In this document: piece by piece, positions 32,467 to 41,022 of the stretch
Layout of the letters: each line of letters opens with the position of its first letter
Position numbering within the stretch: position 1 is the first letter of the stretch
NCBI GenBank assembly: GCA_963754925.1
Contig: CAVWHX010000003.1
Coordinates: 384,001-448,000, forward strand
From: an uncultured delta proteobacterium
Lineage (GTDB): Bacteria; Myxococcota; B64-G9
Direction of reading: 5' to 3'
Length of the DNA stretch: 64,000 nt
Made by a program: the position numbers and the translations under genes
Notes under the pieces: generated by a model
Databases searched by the model: none
What the model was told of the DNA's origin: nothing
What the model saw: only the letters and a program-made list of their open reading frames with translations

Positions 32467-32820
32467 TTATCTTCCTGCCACTGTGAGTCGGTCCGCAATC
32501 GGCTCATCAGAAGCGTCTCCTTCCCTCACTGAGTTAACATTGACGTCGGTTACCATCGGGGGTCCTTCTCTCATTATCCACTCGCGGATATATGCCGGGC
32601 AATTCTCGAGCCCAATGCCATTCGCTTCGCAACCAACCAGAAATCTCACCGTGCCTCGATCCACGAGCTTGACCCCTTTCAAATCAAGAACGATGCGGTG
32701 GCCTCGTCCTTCGACTTCGAAGAGCCTTTGCAACTCTGCCAGCTCTTCTACCGTGACTCGACCAGCCAGGGTAAAGACCACGACCTCCTCTTTCGTCGAT
32801 ATCTGAATTTTCAACGTCAT
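32467..32820 (-). CDS. STAS-like small hypothetical protein
   Basis: MTLKIQ..LAGR..IVLDLKGVKLVD..CPAYIREWI; first gene after sigma54 copy 3. Confidence 0.72.
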   Translation of the reverse strand: MTLKIQISTKEEVVVFTLAGRVTVEELAELQRLFEVEGRGHRIVLDLKGVKLVDRGTVRFLVGCEANGIGLENCPAYIREWIMREGPPMVTDVNVNSVREGDASDEPIADRLTVAGR

Positions 32821-33030
32821 CGATTCTTTCTTGATAACGCTTTCCGTCCCGGTTAAACTTGCAGTGGTATCTTGCAATGCGAATGCCAAGCGTAAGTCAT
32901 CGAAAATACTTGACTGCACAAATTACAAAGTCGCGAGTCTTCGAGAATTAGCGATAGTTCATGAAAAATGATCCGGATTTTCAAGGAGAGGGTATTGCAG
33001 CTGCTATGTTGGTTTGAAGCTATGCATTTT
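32821..33030 (-). promoter_or_regulatory. sigma54 promoter module, copy 3 (includes a vestigial activator 3' end)
   Basis: TTGGCATTCGCATTGCAA (32872-32889); UAS pair 32931-32954; 33001-33025 matches 26381-26405. Confidence 0.85.
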
Positions 33031-33090
33031 CTAACAACCTCATGCCGCCAGGTATGATGTTTTTTGTCGATAGGGGTTGGGTTGAGTGGA

Positions 33091-33183
33091 ACACTCTGGC
33101 AATATTTAAGATTGAAATGAGAGAGCGAAGTCAATCTGAAAATGCTTACATTTCAATATTGACGTGTTTTGGCGAATAACAGG
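33091..33183 (-). repeat. CCT-terminus element, copy R (inverted relative to L)
   Basis: Reverse complement CCTGTTATTCGCCAAAACACGTCAATATTGAAATGTAAGCATTTTCAGATT...AAATATTGCCAGAGTGT. Confidence 0.85.
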
Positions 33184-33188
33184 CTATT

Positions 33189-33944
33189 TCACTGGTCGCG
33201 GTTCAATTCTGTAAAGATTCTCGCGATGATGTCGTTTTCATAGCGGAGATATTTTTCGAGCTCGGCCGCCGAATAATTCATAAGGCTCTTGATACCGGTG
33301 AGCGTGTGGATGGGTACGTTCGCAAATTCCAGCGCCCTCTTATTTGTCGCCTCATCGAGTTGGGCATGCGGCGCAAGCTCATCCGCCAGACCCCAATCCA
33401 GCGCCTCTTGTGCGGTAATGTTTTTATCTGAAAAGAGTATCTCATATGCTTTCCGTTTTCCGACAAGCTGGGAGAGAAAGAACGTTGCTCCTCCTTTGGG
33501 AACGACCCCGTTGCGGAGATATTCCTTCTGAATTACCGCATCGTCGGACATGATCCGGTAGTCGCACGCCAGGCTCAAATTGAAAAACTGTGCGATGATA
33601 GTGCCGCTGTCCACGGCAACGACAAATTTCCTCTGTGAATAAACCTCCATAATAAATCGATTGTAAATGGTGAGCATTCGGTAGAGGTCGAGACTACCGT
33701 CGTTGTGCGAAGCGCGCTGGACGAACTCACGGTACTCTTGACTGTCTTTCTTTTGAGGAGACTTTTTTATTACTATGACTTTGAGCCTGTTATCATCGGT
33801 GCATTCCTTGAATAGTTTTGCCGCCTGATCCACCTCAAATAGAGTGGCTGCGCTGAACAAGGTTTTTCCCTTGACGGAAAAAACGGCTATTTCATCCCGA
33901 TTTTCAAATGAGAACGTTTCGAACTCCTTTAAGTCTTTGCTCAT
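33189..33944 (-). CDS. Enoyl-CoA hydratase/isomerase (crotonase) fold protein
   Basis: LACDYRI, GVVPKGG, ITAQEALDWGLAD, IKSLMN; AAGGAG RBS. Confidence 0.8.
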   Translation of the reverse strand: MSKDLKEFETFSFENRDEIAVFSVKGKTLFSAATLFEVDQAAKLFKECTDDNRLKVIVIKKSPQKKDSQEYREFVQRASHNDGSLDLYRMLTIYNRFIMEVYSQRKFVVAVDSGTIIAQFFNLSLACDYRIMSDDAVIQKEYLRNGVVPKGGATFFLSQLVGKRKAYEILFSDKNITAQEALDWGLADELAPHAQLDEATNKRALEFANVPIHTLTGIKSLMNYSAAELEKYLRYENDIIARIFTELNRDQ

Positions 33945-34049
33945 CGCGATCTCCTTTGAATGTTCTGTTACCACGGTCTATGCACGCTCGTCGATAGGAA
34001 GTTCAATCACGGTTTCTTCACCGCGGCGTTTCGCGTACAATGCGGGAGG

Positions 34050-34974
34050 ATGCTACGGATCGCGCATATATCGGACCTTCACGTCCTGTCGCCGCTGGGC
34101 GCCGAGTGGCGGCGGATATGGTTCAACAAGCGCCTCTTCGGCTACGCCAACGTGGCCCTGCGCCGCCGGCGCGTCTACCGGCGCGAGTATCTCGTTCCCG
34201 TCCTCGCGTCGGCTGCGCTGCATGCGGATCACGTGGTCGTCACCGGCGACCTCACAAACTTTGCGCTCGAGAGCGAGTACGCGGAGGCCCGCCGTCTTCT
34301 CGGGGAGGTGGCGCGCTCGCGGGAAGTGACCGTCGTGCCGGGAAACCACGACCTCTACCTGCCCGAGATCGGTCAAAAGCGGCGCTTCGAACGACAATTT
34401 CAGCCGTTCCTGCACGGGGATCTGCCGGCGCTCGCGGTCGAGGTTCCAGCCGGCCGCTTCCCGCTGGTCAAGCTGCGCGGCCCCGTCGCCTTCATCGCGC
34501 TCTCAAGCGCCGTTCCGCGACCGCCCTTCGTGTCTTCCGGCTGGCTGGGCCGGGCCGCAGCTCCAGGCGCTGCGCGCGGTCTTCGCGCACCCGGCGGTTG
34601 CACGCCGCACTCCGGTGATCCTTGTCCACCACAATCCGCTCGACTCGGCCCCGTGCCTCAGGCGGCTGTACAACGGGCTGGTCGACGCCCGGGCGTTGCA
34701 GGAGGTCCTTGCGCCGATTGCGCGTGGACTCGTCCTCTTCGGTCACCTGCACGTACGCCGACGGAGCCGGCTTACGACGGCGACAGGAACGCTCGAGGTG
34801 GTCTGCGCGAGCGGCGCGAGCATCGAGCATCCCGACGAGCGGATCCGTGCCGGCTTCAACCTCTATACATTGCGGGATGAAGGCGATCTCTCGTCCGCCG
34901 AGGCCTGGGTCCTCGACCCCGAGACCCTCGAACTATGCCGCGGCGAGCTTCCGATCGCGGAGGAGATGCGGTGA
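34050..34974 (+). CDS. Metallophosphoesterase, +1 frameshift at ~34552
   Basis: HISDLH, TGDLT, PGNHD in one frame; VHH and GHLH in frame 34615..34974; repair gives GWLGR(A/P)QLQAL. Confidence 0.85.
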
Positions 34975-37559
34975 AATACCGACGTGCACTGCTCGTCACC
35001 GATCGTGACACGCAGCCCGGTCCTAGTATCGCAGCGCTGCGCAGCGTTGCGCCCGTGCTCGAGCGTCTCCTCGTCATCGTCAGGATTCGCGGTCTCGAGG
35101 AATGGCTGTCGAGTGAGTCAGGGGGCAATCCTGACACGGCGGCGCTTGCAACTTTGGAAGCATGGCGGGCGGCGTGCGGGGCGATGGCCGCGAGCAGCGA
35201 GGTGCGCCCCGCGCCCGAGCTCTCGGTTGAAGCGGTCGCGGACCTCGCGCTCGGAGAGGACGCTGATCTACTCGTGGCCGGCGCGCGGTCGCTTGAGTGC
35301 GCGCGGCTCGTGACCGGGGTTGGCAGGAACATTGCGGTCGCGGTCCTATGGCCGGGGGGCGACGCGCGCACCACACCCGTCCGCCGCGTCTTCTGCGCCG
35401 CGATCGGGCGGCGTTCGCTCGCGTCCATAGCCGAGTTCGCCCGCGCGCACGCCGAGAGCACGGTCGAGCTGGCAGTGGCCGGACCGGCAATTATGCCCGC
35501 GGACGAGCTCGCCGGGATTCTGCGGGTGGCCGGCATCCAGGGCCGTGTGACGCTGATCCCGAAGGGCGCGCTTCCGCTCAGCTCCGCGCTGGAGGCCGCG
35601 GCACGGAGCGGTTCGGTCGACCTCATCGCGCTGGCGCGCATCCCCGCGCTCCTGCTCTTCGGCTACCGCTGGCCGGCGCCCGTATTGCTGGTCCCCTGGG
35701 CGGGCGCGAGCCGACCCCGCGCACGCACGCTCGACATTACCGACATCGTCGAAACCCATGGGGTGATCCGCGCCCGCGTGGACGAGGTGACCTCGATCGG
35801 CACGCTCGCGCCGGCTGCCGACACAGAGCTCGCGTTTATCTCCGAGGGGCATGTAGCCGCGAGAGCGATCTCCTCGGCCGCGGGCGAGATCGTTCTCCCG
35901 GCGGGAGTCGGAGCGGCCTGGCTCGGCGCCGTGCGTGTCGTAGACGATGCGCCGCCGGACCCACTCACCGCAGCCGAGCAGCGGTCCATGGTACTTCGTC
36001 CGGGGAAGTGTCCGGCCCTTCTCTTCGACGCCGACTTGCCGGACCCGCTGCTAGCGAAGCTCGTTCGGGTAGCGCGCGCCGGCGACTGCCTGATCGCCGT
36101 GCGGTTACGCCCAACTCGCCGCACTGTGTCCATCAGACGGCGGCTGAAGGCGGCCGGCCTCATGGCTCATATCATCGACGCCCGCGCGGTGCTGGACGAG
36201 GGGGACGCTTTCGACGTCGCCGAGGCAAACGATCCGGTGCGACTGCGCCGGGTGGCGGCGCGCCTCTGCCGCGCCGGGTTCCGCATCGCGGCCGTGTTCC
36301 ACCGGGAATGCCATGATCCCGAGCCGCCCGCGGAGGCGCCGACGACGCTGGTCGCGGGCAACCGCGTCGAGGTCGAGATCGACAATGCCGAGGCGCGATC
36401 GTGGCTCGTCGACGAGATCGCGCGCAGCCGCGAGTCGGTCAGCTTGCAGGTCTACATGGTTACTGACGACGAGGTCGGCAGATTGATCGAGGCCGCCCTG
36501 GCCGCTGCGGGGTTGCGAGGCGTACGGGTCCGCGTGCTCGTCGACTCACTGCGCGCTCAGCACGGCTCCTTCGGTGCCGAGAACCCGCTTCTGGCGCGAC
36601 TGGCGGCGCGGCCAGGCGTAGAACTCCGGGTCTCGCGGCCGCTCACGAGCCTGCCTTCGATCGCGGACGTCAAGCTGCGTGACCATCGTAAGCTCGTGAT
36701 CGTCGACGGCCGGGTCGCGCTTGTGGGCGGCCGTAACCTGGCGCAGGAGTATTACACCGGCTTCGCCGAAGCCCGACTCACGACCGCGACGACATGGCGC
36801 CAGGTGCCGTGGCTCGACGCCGGGGCGCGGATCGAAGGGCCGGCGGTCGGCGCGATCGCGGAGTCCTTCCTCGAGTCCTGGACCGATGCCGGCGGCGCGC
36901 CGTTCGCGATCGCGCTGCCTGAGCCGTGCGGATCGGCGGCCGCGCGCGTCGTCGTACACCGGGGGTTGCGCGACGCCCACACCCTGGAGGCCTATCTCGA
37001 TCTCGTCGAGCGCGCGCAGTCGCACATCTATGCCTTGAACGGATTCCCGTTGCTACTGGAGCTGCAGCACGCTCTGGTGCGAGCAGTCCGACGCGGCGTG
37101 CGCGTTCGCGTACTCGTCGGCCACGTCGCGCCGATCTATAGCGGCACGCCGTTCGGCGGGCCGTGGATCCACGCGCGCAGCATCGCCACGGACATGGTGC
37201 ACTCGCGCCTCGACCCCATTGTCGATGCGGGAGGCGAGGTCTACCTGTTCGCGCGATGCGGGGAGCCGGGCTGGGACGCAGCGCTCGGGGTCGTCTACCC
37301 GTACGTCCATGGGAAGGCGATGAGCGCAGACGGCCTACGCTGCACGGTCGGCAGCGCCAACATGGACGTGACCTCTTCCTACTGGGAGAGCGAGCTGATG
37401 ATGGTCGTCGAGGATGCCTTCATCGCGCGACGTCTCGAAGGTACGCTAGATGAACTGTTCGCCGCCTCAACATTGGTGAGTCGGGACGACCCGACCTGGC
37501 GCGAACGCGCCAAACGGCGGAGCTGGATGCGCCGGTGGCCGGGTGTGCTCAGCGCTTGA
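34971..37559 (+). CDS. Phospholipase D / cardiolipin-synthase-like protein with a long, USP-like N-terminal region
   Basis: Two HKD motifs DHRKLVIVDG and VHGKAMSADG..GSANMD; GTGA overlap with the upstream gene. Confidence 0.85.
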   Translation: MKYRRALLVTDRDTQPGPSIAALRSVAPVLERLLVIVRIRGLEEWLSSESGGNPDTAALATLEAWRAACGAMAASSEVRPAPELSVEAVADLALGEDADLLVAGARSLECARLVTGVGRNIAVAVLWPGGDARTTPVRRVFCAAIGRRSLASIAEFARAHAESTVELAVAGPAIMPADELAGILRVAGIQGRVTLIPKGALPLSSALEAAARSGSVDLIALARIPALLLFGYRWPAPVLLVPWAGASRPRARTLDITDIVETHGVIRARVDEVTSIGTLAPAADTELAFISEGHVAARAISSAAGEIVLPAGVGAAWLGAVRVVDDAPPDPLTAAEQRSMVLRPGKCPALLFDADLPDPLLAKLVRVARAGDCLIAVRLRPTRRTVSIRRRLKAAGLMAHIIDARAVLDEGDAFDVAEANDPVRLRRVAARLCRAGFRIAAVFHRECHDPEPPAEAPTTLVAGNRVEVEIDNAEARSWLVDEIARSRESVSLQVYMVTDDEVGRLIEAALAAAGLRGVRVRVLVDSLRAQHGSFGAENPLLARLAARPGVELRVSRPLTSLPSIADVKLRDHRKLVIVDGRVALVGGRNLAQEYYTGFAEARLTTATTWRQVPWLDAGARIEGPAVGAIAESFLESWTDAGGAPFAIALPEPCGSAAARVVVHRGLRDAHTLEAYLDLVERAQSHIYALNGFPLLLELQHALVRAVRRGVRVRVLVGHVAPIYSGTPFGGPWIHARSIATDMVHSRLDPIVDAGGEVYLFARCGEPGWDAALGVVYPYVHGKAMSADGLRCTVGSANMDVTSSYWESELMMVVEDAFIARRLEGTLDELFAASTLVSRDDPTWRERAKRRSWMRRWPGVLSA

Positions 37560-37830
37560 GAAGGGTTAGGCGCTGCGTCCTCTCCACCACGCAGATGGGC
37601 GTCCCGTTGAGGGTAATGATATGAGATACAGAAGAGCGAAAAAAGAGTTGAAAAAAGATGTCAAAAGACTATTTTTATCGGCACAAAGGGCCATACAGAA
37701 CCAAAGCGGGCAACAAACCATAGCGTTCCACAGGTGGTTGTTGAATTGCGGTATTAGAAAAACCTTCAATCACGGAGCTAGACAGAAATTATAGAATTAC
37801 TTGTTAGGCGGCTTCGACGAGGAGGTTTAG

Positions 37831-38202
37831 ATGCCCACGAATATCAAGATTATCCACACTCAAGACTTCATTCGGGCCAAGCCGGATGGGGTCCTGGACC
37901 TCACGGCAAGCCGCAATCTCCTGAAGGACCTGGTTACCGAGTCCGAAACGGCCGGTAAGTACCATGTCCTCGTCGACACCCGGGGGGCCGATGTCCGCCT
38001 TTCCACGACTGATATCTTCGATCTCGGGGTCGCAGTCGCTGCGGCCTCCGCACGCGACAAAGTTGCCCTTCTGGTTCCCCCTGGGGAGCAGGTCAATGCA
38101 AGTTTCTTAGAGACCGTCAGTTACAATAGAGGAGCAAACCTCAGAGCCTTTACCGACTTCGAAACAGCCATCACATGGCTCATTATGAAAGAACAACCCT
38201 GA
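37831..38202 (+). CDS. Small hypothetical protein (SpoIIAA/STAS-like)
   Basis: GAGGAGG RBS; VLVDTR, KVALLV, RAFTDFETAITWL. Confidence 0.65.
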   Translation: MPTNIKIIHTQDFIRAKPDGVLDLTASRNLLKDLVTESETAGKYHVLVDTRGADVRLSTTDIFDLGVAVAAASARDKVALLVPPGEQVNASFLETVSYNRGANLRAFTDFETAITWLIMKEQP

Positions 38203-38213
38203 GCGTGGTCCCT

Positions 38214-38264
38214 CCTATGGTTCGGCAAAACTCGTCCATATTGAAATATAAGCATTTTCTGATT
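38214..38264 (+). repeat. CCT-terminus element, copy T (51 bp)
   Basis: CCTATGGTTCGGCAAAACTCGTCCATATTGAAATATAAGCATTTTCTGATT aligns without gaps to L and R. Confidence 0.8.
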
Positions 38265-38368
38265 GCCCTGGTTTCCCCCGGTGCCTCACCCAAAATTTAT
38301 TACGAGGGCAACCGAGCATTCCAAGACAAGATCAAGAACCCCAAAAGCATCCGATACTCGCCAACAGG

Positions 38369-38473
38369 CGCTATGCGCATCTCGCACCCGAAATCAGCAG
38401 AGACGCGGTCGAAAAACTGGACCAAGCGGATAAGTTTTTGGTCAACAGTTGGTCATATGAGCAGGTGGCTTGA
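38369..38473 (+). pseudogene. C-terminal relic of a tyrosine integrase
   Basis: RYAHLAPEISRDAVEKLDQADKFLVNSWSYEQVA*: catalytic-Tyr box, ending about 30 bp from the tmRNA 3' end. Confidence 0.72.
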
Positions 38474-38505
38474 TAGAACTCTTTGTAACTACTGAGCTAA
38501 AAATA

Positions 38506-38849
38506 TGGAGGCGGAGGGAATCGAACCCTCGTCCGAAAGTGATCCAACCAGCACCACTACATGCTTAGCCCGTGGTCAATTTAGCAGTCGTAAAAGCCCA
38601 CAGACAAGCTCTTACGGCCGCGATCCCGAATGAATTTCGCCGCACCGCGTTCGGGCAACTTGGTTTGGCTATCCCGCGCAATGACGCCCGATTCTGCCCT
38701 TGCAGGAGGAAGACAGGCGGACGTGGCTGACTTAAGCAGCCAATGCCAATGGTTCGTTGGCAGTTTTCAGTTCCCCATTTTTAACGAGGTTTGGGGGTCC
38801 CCGGCATGCGGCCTGGCATTCACACCCCCGTGGAAACCAGGTCGCCCCC
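38506..38849 (-). ncRNA. ssrA: tmRNA; tag peptide (A)ANEPLALAA*
   Basis: 5' GGGGGCG pairs with 3' CGCCTCC-A (G3:U70); T-loop GGTTCGATTCC; tag frame 38761-38732; CCA not encoded. Confidence 0.95.
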
Positions 38850-39039
38850 ATGGTTTTTCGAAGGGACGGTGAAGCCGTCCACACCACGCTATTTCAAAGA
38901 ACATCTTAACTATATGCACCGACACCTAAAAAAGCAACCGGATTCTTGTGGTCAAAACCGATCGATACGACCTATCTTGATCTTTGTCGCGGGATGATCT
39001 AACACCGTTTCAGGTCCCTCGGACGAGAAGGAGAGTTAT

Positions 39040-39579
39040 ATGCTCGAACCTGGAAAATCAATGCTCATCATAATCGACGTTCAGGAGAAGCTCCTTCGCG
39101 TGATGTACGAACGCGAAGCGTTGCTTCGAAAATTGCTGCAGATGGTTCAAGGGGCGCGCGAGCTCGGATTGCCGATCGTTTGGTCTGAGCAATACCCCGA
39201 GGGCATGGGTACAACGGTGCCTGAAGTGACCGAGCTCCTTTCCGGTCTGCATCCGATTGCCAAGCGAACGTTTAGCTGCTGCGCCCACCCGCCCCTGCTC
39301 GATGCCATACGGAAACCCGGCCGCACGCAAGCCGTACTCGTCGGGATTGAGTCCCACGTCTGTGTTTATCAAACCGCTATCGATTTACTGGCGCGCGGTT
39401 TTGAGGTCGAGGTCGTGGCGGATTGCGTCTCCTCGCGCAGCGCCGAGAATCGCCAGATCGGCATCGACCGCATACGGCAAGCCGGCGGGCGGGTCACCAG
39501 TGTTGAAATGGCCATTTTCGAAATGCTCCATGCCGCCGAAGGACCGCACTTTAAACCTCTTCTTAAAATGGTTAAATGA
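39040..39579 (+). CDS. Isochorismatase family hydrolase
   Basis: IIDVQEKL, EQYP.G.G.T, KRTFSC, GIESHVCVYQT. Confidence 0.9.
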   Translation: MLEPGKSMLIIIDVQEKLLRVMYEREALLRKLLQMVQGARELGLPIVWSEQYPEGMGTTVPEVTELLSGLHPIAKRTFSCCAHPPLLDAIRKPGRTQAVLVGIESHVCVYQTAIDLLARGFEVEVVADCVSSRSAENRQIGIDRIRQAGGRVTSVEMAIFEMLHAAEGPHFKPLLKMVK

Positions 39580-39695
39580 GACCATACTAACCGACGTCCG
39601 ATGTTTTATTCGTTGCATTGACATGCACTGTCCAGGGAGTATACACAATGGTTTTATTCCAAAGCCCGCGGAAACATGAGTTGGAGTAACGGCTC

Positions 39696-40481
39696 GTGCC
39701 AGAACGTGGTTACTACGACGATCCCGAGCGCTATGAGGCAGAGGTAGCGCCCTTTCATGCGGATCTGAACTGGTATCTCAAGCGGGTGCGGGAGCTGGGA
39801 CAGCCGGTCCTTGAACTGGGCTGCGGGACGGGGCGATTGTTGTTTTTGCTCGCCGCCAATGGAATCGAAATCGACGGCCTTGACAACTCGGTTCCCATGC
39901 TCGCGCGTGCTAAAACCCGCGCCCTGCTGCTGGGGCCAACCATCTCCAATCGAGTGAGCCTCTACCAAAAAGACATGCGCAGCTTCGCCGTGCGCCGCCG
40001 CTATCGCGTCGTGCTCGCCCCCTTCAATATGTTGATGCATCTTCATACCGACGAGGACTTCCTCGCCTGCTTGCGCTGTATCAGGCGGCACCTCGAAGAG
40101 GATGGTAGGTTAATTTTTGATGTCAGCAACCCGCAGCAGGCCCTGCTGGACGCCATTGGAGAGCAACAGCCCGCCGAACAGCGATCAATTCGGATACGGG
40201 GGCTTTCGTATCTTCAACGTGAACGCTACCTCTATAATCCTTCTACCGGTTTGAGCGTGACTACCTACACCTTCGAGCCGGAAGGCCACGACGAGGCCGC
40301 CGTTACCACCTCATTGAGTCTGCGTATGTATACCCCTCTCCATGTGGCGCACCTTCTTCAGTCGGGAGGTTTCAAGATCATCAATCGCTATGGAGACTTC
40401 TCCAACAATCCGTTGAGCGAATCAAGTGTGGTCCAGGTCGTTGAGGCCAAATACGCGCCTTCCAACCATCGCTCATCATGA
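39696..40481 (+). CDS. Class I SAM-dependent methyltransferase
   Basis: VLELGCGTGR, GLDNS..ML, DMR, GRLIFD. Confidence 0.88.
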   Translation: MPERGYYDDPERYEAEVAPFHADLNWYLKRVRELGQPVLELGCGTGRLLFLLAANGIEIDGLDNSVPMLARAKTRALLLGPTISNRVSLYQKDMRSFAVRRRYRVVLAPFNMLMHLHTDEDFLACLRCIRRHLEEDGRLIFDVSNPQQALLDAIGEQQPAEQRSIRIRGLSYLQRERYLYNPSTGLSVTTYTFEPEGHDEAAVTTSLSLRMYTPLHVAHLLQSGGFKIINRYGDFSNNPLSESSVVQVVEAKYAPSNHRSS

Positions 40482-40658
40482 TATCCATTAAGTACCGGCA
40501 ACGGTGTGCTCTTTTTACTGGAAAGTCAATTCGTTAAGTATGCGCCGAGTGCTTGCTTTGCCGCCGTCGTTGGGGTTGACAATTGACCGTAGGAATGGTA
40601 CCAACCCTTGCCGTTGTATGCCAAAGGATTAAGGGTCGACTGTTCTTTTATACTCTTT

Positions 40659-40731
40659 GGTGAGTGTAGCTCAACGGTAGAGCACTGGACTGTGGATCCA
40701 GTCGTTGGGGGTTCGATTCCCCTCACTCACC
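40659..40731 (+). tRNA. tRNA-His (GTG)
   Basis: G-1, acceptor GTGAGTG/CACTCAC, anticodon arm CTGGA-CTGTGGA-TCCAG, GGTTCGATTCC. Confidence 0.95.
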
Positions 40732-40738
40732 CTGATGC

Positions 40739-40811
40739 GGGTCGTTAGCTCAGCTGGTAGAGCAGCGGACTCTTAATCCGCGGGCCAAAGGTTCGATTCC
40801 TTTACGACCCA
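40739..40811 (+). tRNA. tRNA-Lys (CTT)
   Basis: GGGTCGT/ACGACCC acceptor; GCGGA-CTCTTAA-TCCGC. Confidence 0.95.
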
Positions 40812-40816
40812 TTGTT

Positions 40817-40890
40817 GCGCCCGTAGCTCACCTGGATAGAGCGTCGGACTTCGAATCCGAAGGCAGCAGGTTCGAGCCCTGCCGGGCGCG
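40817..40890 (+). tRNA. tRNA-Arg (TCG)
   Basis: GCGCCCG/CGGGCGC acceptor; TCGGA-CTTCGAA-TCCGA. Confidence 0.95.
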
Positions 40891-41022
40891 TAACAAAAAA
40901 CACCGGTACGCAGACCACCCATGACACGGGAACTCGTCGTGGTGTGAGAACGCCCTGAACTATTCAATGCTCAGTACACCCCATTCATCGATTGACGCAC
41001 GCTGAACCCGCGACGTCTGCGC

